Of a DNA stretch of 64,000 nt, positions 38,179-46,991 are shown piece by piece; position 1 is the first letter of the stretch, and every line of letters starts with the position of its first letter. Under the pieces are notes generated by a model, which saw only the letters and a program-made list of their open reading frames with translations, ran no database searches and was not told the DNA's origin. Source of the DNA: an uncultured bacterium (GTDB taxonomy: Bacteria > Planctomycetota > UBA1135 > GCA-002686595); contig CALSNU010000002.1 of NCBI GenBank assembly GCA_943787795.1, positions 480,001-544,000 on the forward strand, in the 5' to 3' direction. Position numbers and translations under genes: made by a program.

Positions 38179-39656
38179 GCGATGACCTCGTGGATCGGCT
38201 CGGCGCCCTCGGTCCCCACGAGCTTCTGGTCGAGCCCGTTGAAGAAGTAGGTCAGCCCGTTCGGGTCGAGCCCGAGCAGGTGGAGGATCGTCGCGTGGAG
38301 CCGCCGCACGTGGAAGCGGTCCTCCACGGCCTTCGAACCGAGCTCATCGGTTTGCCCGACGCTCGTGCCTCCCTTGATGCCGCCGCCGGCCATCCACATG
38401 GTGAAGCCCCAGGAGTTGTGGTCGCGGCCCGTGCCCTCGGCGTACTCCGCCGTCGGCTGGCGCCCAAACTCGCCGCCCCACACCACCAGGGTCTCCTCCA
38501 GGAGGCCCCGCCTCTCCAGGTCGATCAACATCCCGGCGATGGGCTTGTCGGTCCGGCCCGCGTGGCGGGTGTGGTTGAAGATCAGGTCCCCGTGGGCGTC
38601 CCAGTTGTCGTCGTTGTGACCGCCGCCGGAGTACACCTGCACGAACCGGACGCCGCGCTCCACGAGCCGCCGCGCCAGCAGGCACTTGGAGCCAAACCGC
38701 CGCGTCTTCTCGTCGTTGAGGCCGTAGAGCTCTCGCGTACCCTCGTCCTCGCTGGCGAGGTCGACCGCCTCGGGCGCCGTGGACTGCATCCGGTAGGCGA
38801 GCTCGAACTGCTCGATCCGCGCCTGCAGCTGGTCATTTCCTTTCCGCATCGCGGCGTGGGCCTCGTTCTCCGAGCGCAGGTGGTCGAGCAGCGCGCGCTG
38901 CGCGCCGTCCGTCATCCCCGCGGGGCGGTCCAGCCCCAGGATCGGGGTCCCCTCGGTGCGGACCTGGACCCCCTGGAGCGACGCCGGCATGTAGCCGTTC
39001 GTCCAGTTCTTGGCGCCGCTGATCGGGCCCCCCGCCTCGTCCAGCATGACCACATAGCCAGGCAGGTCCTTGTTGACGGACCCGAGCCCGTAGTTCACCC
39101 AGGAGCCCAGACTCGGGTGCCCCGAGATCAGGCGGCCGCAGTTCATGTTCAGCAGCGCCGAGCCGTGAATGGGGCTCTCCGCGTACATGGAGTGCAGGAA
39201 GGCGATCTTGTCCACCTGGGTCCCGACGTGGGGGAACAGGTCGGAGACGTACTTGCCGCACTCGCCGTACTGCCGGAAGCGCCACTTGGGGCCGACCACC
39301 CGGCCCCCGTCTCGCTTGCCACCCCGCCCGAAGGTGGGGACGCTCACGGTCTTGCCGTCCAGCCGGTAGAGGTCCGGCTTGTAGTCGAAGGTGTCGACCT
39401 GGCTCGGACCGCCGTACATGAAGAGGAAGATCACGTGCTTCGCTCGGCCCAACGCGGCCGAGGTGATCGGCTTCCCTGCGAGCGGGTTCGGCCCCCCGGC
39501 GGCCGCGCTGGCTGACGACGCGAGGAACTCGGACCCGAGCATTCCCGTCAGGGCCACCGAGCCGAAGCCCCCGGCGGAGTTCCAGAGGAACTGCCGCCGG
39601 CTCATGTCACAGCCGCGCCCTTGGCCCTGTCGTTGTTCTTGTTCGTTCATGGTCAT
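38175..39656 (-). CDS. DUF1501 family protein (Tat-exported)
   Basis: SRRQFL twin-arginine motif, VIFLFMYGGPSQVDTFDYKP, ARRLVERGVRFVQ, WDAH, GGEFGR, GRDHN. Confidence 0.92.
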   Translation of the reverse strand: MTMNEQEQRQGQGRGCDMSRRQFLWNSAGGFGSVALTGMLGSEFLASSASAAAGGPNPLAGKPITSAALGRAKHVIFLFMYGGPSQVDTFDYKPDLYRLDGKTVSVPTFGRGGKRDGGRVVGPKWRFRQYGECGKYVSDLFPHVGTQVDKIAFLHSMYAESPIHGSALLNMNCGRLISGHPSLGSWVNYGLGSVNKDLPGYVVMLDEAGGPISGAKNWTNGYMPASLQGVQVRTEGTPILGLDRPAGMTDGAQRALLDHLRSENEAHAAMRKGNDQLQARIEQFELAYRMQSTAPEAVDLASEDEGTRELYGLNDEKTRRFGSKCLLARRLVERGVRFVQVYSGGGHNDDNWDAHGDLIFNHTRHAGRTDKPIAGMLIDLERRGLLEETLVVWGGEFGRQPTAEYAEGTGRDHNSWGFTMWMAGGGIKGGTSVGQTDELGSKAVEDRFHVRRLHATILHLLGLDPNGLTYFFNGLDQKLVGTEGAEPIHEVIA

Positions 39657-42583
39657 CAGTCGAGCCAGGTGAACTCGTTCCGGTTGAAGAGGCCGAGCGC
39701 GAACATGCTGAGGGCGCGCTGCTGATCCAGCCCGTGGGCGTCCACGAGGTTGGCGATGAGGACCTCCGCGCGGTCCAGCTCGTCCTCCGCCGGAGCCCGC
39801 GAGAGCGCGCGCTGCATGGCCTCCGCCAGGGCCGCCCGCAGGGTCTCGTGCTCCGTGAGCGAGGCCGCGAAGGCCTCCGCACGGACCTGGGAGAACTCGC
39901 CGTTGAGGGTGAGCAGCGCCTGGGTGGGGACGTTGGTCGGGAACCGCTCCGGGCACGGCATGTCCGGGTCGGGCTGGTCGAGGACCGCCAGCAGAGGCTC
40001 CCGCAGGGACCGCTTCACGTGGATGTAGACGCTGCGCCGGACGGAGTCCTCTTTGGAGGAGCGGCCCCACGCGGCGCCGGGCCGAGATGCGGTCGCGAGG
40101 ACCTCCTTGGGGAGGGGCGGGAAGACGCTGGGTCCGTGCTTGCGCAGGTTGAGCTCGCCGCTGGCGGCGAGCATCGCGTCCCGCACCTCCTCCGCCGTGA
40201 GCCGGCGCGGGTTGAAGCGCCAGAAGAGGTCGTTGCGCGGGTCCGCCTCGAGGGCCTCGTCCGGGCCGACCGTCGCCATCCGGTACGCCTCGCTCTCCAT
40301 GACGAAGCGCTGCAAGGCCTTGCGAGACCAACCGCGCTGAATGAGCTCGTTGGCGAGGTGGTCCAGGAGTTCGGGGTGCGTCGGGCGCTCTCCGAGGCGA
40401 CCGAAGTCACCCGTGGAGCGACAGAGGCCGCGACCGAAGAGGAACTGCCAGGTGCGGTTCGCCTCGACCCGCGCCGCGAGGTGGGCGCCGTCGCCGAAGA
40501 TCCACTCCACCAGGGCGCGCCGCCGGCCGCTGGTGGGCGCCCCGTCCGGCCCGTTCACGGGCGCGGCGTACTCGCCGTCCCCGGCTGTCCCCTTGACCCA
40601 TGCCATGGGCACCCCGGGGCCGACCTGATCCGCCAGCGCATGAACGCTGCCGCGCAGGTTGATGTGCTGCGAGGGGGGTCGAGACCCCACCTCCCGGACG
40701 ACCTGGGCGGGGTAGGGCTTGTTGACCCGCTCGCCCTTCAGCTTCGCCCGGCGCGCGAGCAGGTCTCGGCCGCGCTCGAGGGCAGCGTCCCCCTCACGCT
40801 CCGACGCCGCCGCCTCCAGGAGAGCCACCGGCCCTCCCTCCGCGTTGGGGTCGCACCCCGTATCGAGCCCGATGTCGATGTACTGGCCGCCGAAGTCCTG
40901 CAGGCAAGACACGGCCACCACGTTGCGGCCCACCACCAGGGCGTCCCGGGCGGCCTGGGGCAGCTGGTGGGTGCCGTAGTCCACGATGTACCCGGTCCGC
41001 TCCATCACGAGCTGGCCGTTGATGAACACGCGCACGTCGTCGTCGTAGTGCAGCGTGAGCCGCAGCGCCTCGGGGATCTCCTCGAGCCGGAACGTGGTCC
41101 TCAGCTGGATGAACTTCTCATGCCAGTCCGTGCGCACCACCGACTTCGGGGTCCCCCGCCGACCGAAGCCGGCCCTGCCTTCCCTCCAATCCCGGTGATC
41201 GAACCCCGGCATCTCCCAGCCGTCCACCGGCTCGCCGAAGCGATAGCGCCAGCGGTGCTCCCCCGAACGTGCGTCGGGGATCAGCACGTCGACCTTCGCC
41301 CCGGGTGCGGGTGCATCCAGACCGAGCTCGTGCGCCTCGGCGACGATCGCCTGCTCGGTCTCCGCCAGGTCGGCGTCCCGCTCGCTCACGTGCCGGACGC
41401 CCTCCTCGGCGCGATCGATCAGGTCGGCCTCGGGCCGGCCCCCGTAGTGGCGCACGCCGCGCACGTGGGCCGTGAGCTCGTAGTACTCCTTCTGGGTGAC
41501 CGGGTCCGCCTTGTGGTCGTGGCAGCGCGCGCAGCCCATGGTCGTCGCCATGACCACCTGGCTGAAGGTGTCGACCACGTCCGCGCGGCCGTCCGCGGCC
41601 GCCTGGGGGCGATCCACCGGCTCATCATCCCAGACACCGAGCCGGAAGAACCCGGTGGCGAGGATGGCCTGGTCGCGGTCGCGGGGGTCCTCGAAGTCCG
41701 CGGCGTACTCATCGCCCGCGAACTGGTGCTTCACGAACTGGTCGTAGGGCAGGTCCGCGTCGAAGGCGCGCACGACCCAGTCGCGGTAGCGCCACATGTT
41801 CTGCTTGGGGTTGTCGCGCTCGTACCCGTTGGTCTCCCCGTAGCGCACCAGATCCAGCCAGTGCCGCGCCTGATGCTCACCGTAGTGGGGGCTCTCGAAG
41901 AGGCGATCGAGGAGGGTCGCCCAGGCGGCATCGAAGCCTCGCCCCTCGACGTCCTCGAGGAAGACCTCCCGCTCGGCCACCGTCGGCGGGAGCCCGGTGA
42001 GGTCGAACGTGGCTCGACGGAGGAGCGCCAGCGGTTCGGCCGGTCCGGCGCAGGAGACCCCGGCCGCTTCTCGGCGGGCGGCGAGCAGCGCGTCCACGGC
42101 GTGCTCGTCGTCGTCCCCGGAGGCCGCGACCGGGTCAAGGGGGCCGTAGGCCCACCACTCCGCATCAATATCGATCGTGGCGGCCTCGATGGGGTGGGCT
42201 TCCGGGTCCGCCAGGCGCCCCTCATCCCCCTCAGGCCAGGGCGCGCCCGCCCTCACCCACGCGTCCAGGATCGCGCGCTCATCCCCTGCGAGGCGCCCCG
42301 AGGGGGGCATGGCAAGGTCCGGGTTGCGGTAGCTGATGACCTCGAGCAGTCGGCTTCGCTCGAGGTCGTTGGGCCGAACCGCAGGCCCACGGGCGCCCCC
42401 CTCCTCGAAGGTCGCTGCGTCAGCGAACGACAGACCGCTCTCCCGTCGATCCCCCCCGTGACAGGTCAAGCAGCGGCTCTCGATGATCGCCCTGGCCGAC
42501 TCGAAGCCGTCTCCAGCGGAGCCCGACTGGGCCGAACCAGGCGCGGCGAGGACGAGGGCAATGAGGGGTAGAAGTCGACTCAT
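39656..42583 (-). CDS. Planctomycete cytochrome c / DUF1549 / DUF1553 protein with an inserted jelly-roll domain
   Basis: CLTCH...MPP, LLRRATFDLTGLPPT, WLDLVRYGET, CARCHDHK, PTHPELLD, RRLTAEEVRD, PTQAL. Confidence 0.92.
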   Translation of the reverse strand: MSRLLPLIALVLAAPGSAQSGSAGDGFESARAIIESRCLTCHGGDRRESGLSFADAATFEEGGARGPAVRPNDLERSRLLEVISYRNPDLAMPPSGRLAGDERAILDAWVRAGAPWPEGDEGRLADPEAHPIEAATIDIDAEWWAYGPLDPVAASGDDDEHAVDALLAARREAAGVSCAGPAEPLALLRRATFDLTGLPPTVAEREVFLEDVEGRGFDAAWATLLDRLFESPHYGEHQARHWLDLVRYGETNGYERDNPKQNMWRYRDWVVRAFDADLPYDQFVKHQFAGDEYAADFEDPRDRDQAILATGFFRLGVWDDEPVDRPQAAADGRADVVDTFSQVVMATTMGCARCHDHKADPVTQKEYYELTAHVRGVRHYGGRPEADLIDRAEEGVRHVSERDADLAETEQAIVAEAHELGLDAPAPGAKVDVLIPDARSGEHRWRYRFGEPVDGWEMPGFDHRDWREGRAGFGRRGTPKSVVRTDWHEKFIQLRTTFRLEEIPEALRLTLHYDDDVRVFINGQLVMERTGYIVDYGTHQLPQAARDALVVGRNVVAVSCLQDFGGQYIDIGLDTGCDPNAEGGPVALLEAAASEREGDAALERGRDLLARRAKLKGERVNKPYPAQVVREVGSRPPSQHINLRGSVHALADQVGPGVPMAWVKGTAGDGEYAAPVNGPDGAPTSGRRRALVEWIFGDGAHLAARVEANRTWQFLFGRGLCRSTGDFGRLGERPTHPELLDHLANELIQRGWSRKALQRFVMESEAYRMATVGPDEALEADPRNDLFWRFNPRRLTAEEVRDAMLAASGELNLRKHGPSVFPPLPKEVLATASRPGAAWGRSSKEDSVRRSVYIHVKRSLREPLLAVLDQPDPDMPCPERFPTNVPTQALLTLNGEFSQVRAEAFAASLTEHETLRAALAEAMQRALSRAPAEDELDRAEVLIANLVDAHGLDQQRALSMFALGLFNRNEFTWLD

Positions 42584-42923
42584 GGGGAGCACTGAGGGTG
42601 GAGGACCACCAAGACACTAGGACAGCGCTCCGATTACCGAAACAGCGCCTCATCGTTCCTGGGGCGGCGTCCGGACGCATCACTGGGGACCGCCCGGGCG
42701 TTCCCCAGAAGCCCCTGTGAGAAACCCAAATCAGGACCCAAGGGGGCGGTGGCGCCGAGGCCGTACACAGGGATGTCATTCCCTCGGACCGCTGCCGGGC
42801 GTCCGAGCGCGCGGACCTCTGCCCGTGAGGGTTGAGAATTCGGCCCGTACGGGCGATCCTCTCCGCTCAACATCACCCCCACCCCCTCCGGCGCGCCCAG
42901 GCGCTCCCGACCCCCACCGACCC

Positions 42924-43535
42924 ATGGCCTTCGAAGTCCCCGCCCTCACCTTCGCGCACGACGCCCTCGAGCCCTTCATCAACACGCGCACGATGGAGCT
43001 CCACCACGGGCTCCACCACGGGGCCTACGTGTCGAAATTCAACGCCGCGATCGAGGGCACCGACCTCGAGTCCAAGACCGCCGAGGAGATCGTCTCCAAC
43101 CTCGACGCGGTGCCCGAGGACATCCGCGGCGCCGTGCGGAACAACGGCGGCGGCCACGTGAATCACTCGATCTTCTGGTCGATCATGGGCCCTGGGAAGG
43201 GCGGCGAGCCCACCGGGGAGCTGGGCGAGGCGATCAACAGCACCTTCGGTTCCTTCGAGAACCTGAAGGAGACCTTCAACGGCAAGGGCGCCACGCAGTT
43301 CGGCTCCGGCTGGGTCTGGCTCACGATGACCCCCGAGGGGCGCCTCGAGATCGTCTCCACGCCCAACCAGGACACCCCCATGAGCCAGGGCCACAAGATC
43401 ATCATGGGCAACGACGTCTGGGAGCACGCCTACTACCTGACGTACGAGAACCGTCGCCCCGAGTACCTCAAGGCCTGGTGGAGCTGCGTGGACTTCGACG
43501 CCGTCGCCGCCCGCTTCGCGGCGGCCAAGGCCTGA
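42924..43535 (+). CDS. sodA: Fe/Mn superoxide dismutase (Mn-type signature)
   Basis: LHHGLHHGAYV, NNGGGHVNHSIFW, FGSGWVWL, PNQDTP, DVWEHAYYL. Confidence 0.95.
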   Translation: MAFEVPALTFAHDALEPFINTRTMELHHGLHHGAYVSKFNAAIEGTDLESKTAEEIVSNLDAVPEDIRGAVRNNGGGHVNHSIFWSIMGPGKGGEPTGELGEAINSTFGSFENLKETFNGKGATQFGSGWVWLTMTPEGRLEIVSTPNQDTPMSQGHKIIMGNDVWEHAYYLTYENRRPEYLKAWWSCVDFDAVAARFAAAKA

Positions 43536-43729
43536 CCCGGCGGGGAGCCGTCCCCTCGCCAAGGTGAGGGGCGCGCCAGTGCCTCCCGCCACCCCCGCCG
43601 CCCGCCCCTGGCCTCGCCAGGGGCGGGCGGCGAGCGTTTGCGTCTGGACCGTCGGCGCCCCCGGCGCTCACCCCCCCGGCGCTCACCCCAGGGGTGACGC
43701 TCGGACAGCGAGCCGATCTGGCCGTCCCC

Positions 43730-43830
43730 CATGATCGCGTCGTCCGCGCCCGCCGCGTTGGCCTCGACCTTGGCGAGGATCGACCGCAGCGGGTTGTTGT
43801 GGTGGATCTTCGAGTCGAGGCCATCGGAGG
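43730..43830 (-). pseudogene. Fragment of a class IV (branched-chain-like) aminotransferase
   Basis: LDSKIHHNNPLRSILAKVEANAAGADDAIM is recognisable; the flanks do not resemble the family. Confidence 0.6.
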
Positions 43831-44069
43831 CGGGCGTGTCCGGGCGCGCCTCGAACGAGCGCAACAGCACCGTCGAGATGTTCCGCGGCACGATCCACAT
43901 GGCGCTCCGGAGGACCACCGATTCGGGGTGGGGCGGAGATCGAACGGGGGACGGGTGCTCGGGACGGCACGTCTTTCCGCCGGCCGGGGAAAGGGCTTAT
44001 CCTGCTCTGAGCCCAGCGGGGGCCACAACCAAGACCCCGCCCCCGAAGGCAATGACCCTCCCGAATGCA

Positions 44070-44531
44070 ATGAGACTGCTGCTCCCCGCCCTCACGCTCC
44101 TCGTCCTCCTCACCGCCTCCTGCAACGGCCCGCGCCGTGGATACGGCGCGAGCGACTCGACCGAGGACGTCCTCGTCATGGTCGGCGCCAGCGAGCGCAA
44201 CAGCGCGTTCAAGTTCTACGACGCGGCGGACGGGTGCCCGTCCTATCGCGACGGCGTGAACAAGAAGTACATGGGGATGGTCAAGGCGAAGGAGGAGGGA
44301 GCCCCCTTCCCGCTCCCCGTGGGCACCCCCGTCCACGTCTTCCTCTTCAGCCCCAGGGACACCCCCGTGCTCCTGGCCGACGGAGGCCTGAATGGCGTCC
44401 GCAAGCGCGCGGCCCAGGTGACCATCACCGGTGAGGGCGCGACGCTCACGGCCACCCGCGGGCCGGAGGGCATCGAGTGGACCTTCACGGGACCGGTCAA
44501 GGTGGAGCCCGCCTCCGCGTGCGAGGACTAG
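44070..44531 (+). CDS. Hypothetical lipoprotein
   Basis: MRLLLPALTLLVLLTASC lipoprotein signal; GC3-rich codons. Confidence 0.75.
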   Translation: MRLLLPALTLLVLLTASCNGPRRGYGASDSTEDVLVMVGASERNSAFKFYDAADGCPSYRDGVNKKYMGMVKAKEEGAPFPLPVGTPVHVFLFSPRDTPVLLADGGLNGVRKRAAQVTITGEGATLTATRGPEGIEWTFTGPVKVEPASACED

Positions 44532-44538
44532 CGCGCGG

Positions 44539-46818
44539 TCAGCGGAACGGCGCGCAGCGCGGGCACTCGCAGTCGGGGTCGATCATGCGTCCATCGAGGG
44601 CGCTGGCCTGCTCCGTGGCGTAGCCCAGGGCGGCGACATCCTCGAGGACGGCGGACCCCGTCGGCGCACCGCCGGCGAGGGACTCTGAAGGGTCCGCGCT
44701 GACAAGCCAGCGAACGAGTCCGGCCCGCAGCCGCCGGAGCGCCTCGGGGTGCTCGTCGCTCACGTCCACGAGGGCGTCGGGGTCCTGATCGAGGTCGTAC
44801 AGCTCGACCGAATGCGCCGGAAGCCCGGGTGGGTTACCCCAGCCCTTCTTCTTCAGGTGCAGGAGCAGGTACCAGCGATCGGCGAAGGCCCCCGCGCTGA
44901 GGGCGTTGGCTCCGAGGACGTAGCGGGGCTCCTCGAGGTCCCCATCGAGGACCTCGCCGTCCATCAGCGAACGCCCCTGGAACGGGTTCTCCTCCGCCCC
45001 GAGGGCGAGCTTGTGGAGGGTGCTGGCGAGGGCGCGGTTCTCGACCGGCGTGCGCACCGTTCGGCCCGCCGGGACCCCGGGACCGACGAGGAGCAACGGC
45101 ACCCGGAGCGTGCTCGGATAGAGCCCCTTGTGGTTCCAGTAGAGGCCGATCTCCCCAAGAGCCTCCCCGTGGTCGGAGGTGAAGGCCAGGAGGCCCTGGT
45201 CGAGGCGCGGCTCCTCCTCGAGGAGCTCCCCGAGCAGGCCGTCCAGGTAGGTGACCTCGCCCTTGTAGAGGGCCATGATGTACTCGGCGTCACGGACCTT
45301 CCGGTTCCACTTGGCCACCGCGCGCGGGTCCATCCGCGTGAGCGCCTCCGAGAACGGATCGCCCGAGTAGTACCGCTCCGTGATCCCCTCCCGCGGCTGA
45401 TACGGCGCGTGGACGTCAAAGAGGTGCAGCCAGACGAAGACGTCCTCGTCGGCCTCCGCGCCCGCCAGCAACTCGCGCACCGCCTCCACGGTTGCCTTCC
45501 CGCCCCGGGTCATGCCCTCGGACGGCGAGTCGAACACCTCAAACCCCTGGCCCAGCCCGCTCCTCCAGGGCGTCAGGTGCCGCGCGGAGACGGCCGCCAC
45601 CGTCCGGTAGCCGGCGTCCTGAAAGGTCTCCGCGAGGGTCACTGCGCGCTCGGACAGGAGCTCGACGTTCCCGACGACGCCCGTGTCCCGCACGGGCAGC
45701 CCGGTGAAGATCGAGGCGTGGGACGGGTTGGTGATGGACGTCGCGGAGATGGCGTCCTCGAAGACGGTGCCCCTGGCCGCGAGCGCATTCAGCGCCGGGG
45801 TGAGGGCGCCCCGATCACCCCCGGTGAACCCCACGTGATCGGCGCGGTGGGTGTCGCTGGTGACGAGGAGCACGGTGCTCGGGCGCTCCTCCCACCGCGG
45901 CAGGCCCCGGTGCAACAGCGCGCTGACCACCACCGCGCCCTCGCCTGAAGCCTCCACCCGAAGCTCGCACTCGTCGCCGACCGCGGACGGCGCCGCCTCG
46001 ACCTCGAGCTGAGTCCACCCCAGCCCCCCGACCGTACGGGAGACCTCAGTGACATCGCTCCCATCCCGCAGGGAGAGGCGGACCTCGGCCCCGCCGGAGA
46101 GCGAGGCCGCGTGGACCAAGAAGCGGCTCCCCTGGCGCGGGACCGCGACCCCGACCAGGGATACCCCCGGGAGCAACCCGACCGAGGGCCGACTCCGGTC
46201 GCCGATCTGGACCATCCGCGGCGGCTCGAAGGGGCTCGGGACCGTGGCGACCTCTGGACGCATTGAGAGCCTGATCGAGTGGATCTCGGTCCCGTGGGTC
46301 ATGGCGTTGAAGAGGACCGTCAGCGCCTCCGACGTCCCCGCCGAGGGGAGCGCGAACTCGACCACCTCGGGAGCCAACGGCGCCTGGCGCTCCATGTACT
46401 CGCTGCGATAGATCGCCTCGCGGGACCCGCCATCAGCGACGGAGAAGCGGAGGAAGCCCTCGGTCGAGACGGTGATCTCGACCGTGTTGTAGCGCTCGTC
46501 GGTCCCGCGCGGCAGCGTCAGGGAGAGCGGCCGCCCGGGCCTCGGGATCAACACCCGGTCGGGCGCGCCCGCCTCCCCCTTGACCGCGGTGGGTGCCACC
46601 CCGTTCGTCCCCCACGCCCCGACGGCCTCGGCGTCCAGGGGGAGATCCTCCACCACGACGGTCGGCGCCTGGGACCACTCCCCCCGAGCCTCGAGTTCGA
46701 CCGTCTCCGCGCTGAACCCCACCGCCGTGGGTTCAGGAGCGCAAGCCAGCGCGGCCCCGAGGGCTCCGAGGACGAGCGCGAGCCGGCGAGGCTCTTGGCG
46801 TCGGGTGGTTTCAGGCAT
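44539..46818 (-). CDS. Sulfatase-like / alkaline phosphatase superfamily lipoprotein
   Basis: Lipobox ALAC; VLLVTSDTHRAD, TSITNPSHASIFTG, FDVHAPY, TSDHGE. Confidence 0.85.
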   Translation of the reverse strand: MPETTRRQEPRRLALVLGALGAALACAPEPTAVGFSAETVELEARGEWSQAPTVVVEDLPLDAEAVGAWGTNGVAPTAVKGEAGAPDRVLIPRPGRPLSLTLPRGTDERYNTVEITVSTEGFLRFSVADGGSREAIYRSEYMERQAPLAPEVVEFALPSAGTSEALTVLFNAMTHGTEIHSIRLSMRPEVATVPSPFEPPRMVQIGDRSRPSVGLLPGVSLVGVAVPRQGSRFLVHAASLSGGAEVRLSLRDGSDVTEVSRTVGGLGWTQLEVEAAPSAVGDECELRVEASGEGAVVVSALLHRGLPRWEERPSTVLLVTSDTHRADHVGFTGGDRGALTPALNALAARGTVFEDAISATSITNPSHASIFTGLPVRDTGVVGNVELLSERAVTLAETFQDAGYRTVAAVSARHLTPWRSGLGQGFEVFDSPSEGMTRGGKATVEAVRELLAGAEADEDVFVWLHLFDVHAPYQPREGITERYYSGDPFSEALTRMDPRAVAKWNRKVRDAEYIMALYKGEVTYLDGLLGELLEEEPRLDQGLLAFTSDHGEALGEIGLYWNHKGLYPSTLRVPLLLVGPGVPAGRTVRTPVENRALASTLHKLALGAEENPFQGRSLMDGEVLDGDLEEPRYVLGANALSAGAFADRWYLLLHLKKKGWGNPPGLPAHSVELYDLDQDPDALVDVSDEHPEALRRLRAGLVRWLVSADPSESLAGGAPTGSAVLEDVAALGYATEQASALDGRMIDPDCECPRCAPFR

Positions 46819-46991
46819 GGACCGTGGGTGAGGGCTGGAGCGAGGGGCGGTGCGTCCGGCCCTCGGATCATCTTTCGGACGTGGAGGCGGGTGCGCGGCG
46901 TGGAGTCCCGGGAATCGTGCCGGCACCAGCGGATACGGCGCCCTCCCCGGTGAGGAGAGCAGGGATCGCGCGAGCGCGTACGATGGTCTCG

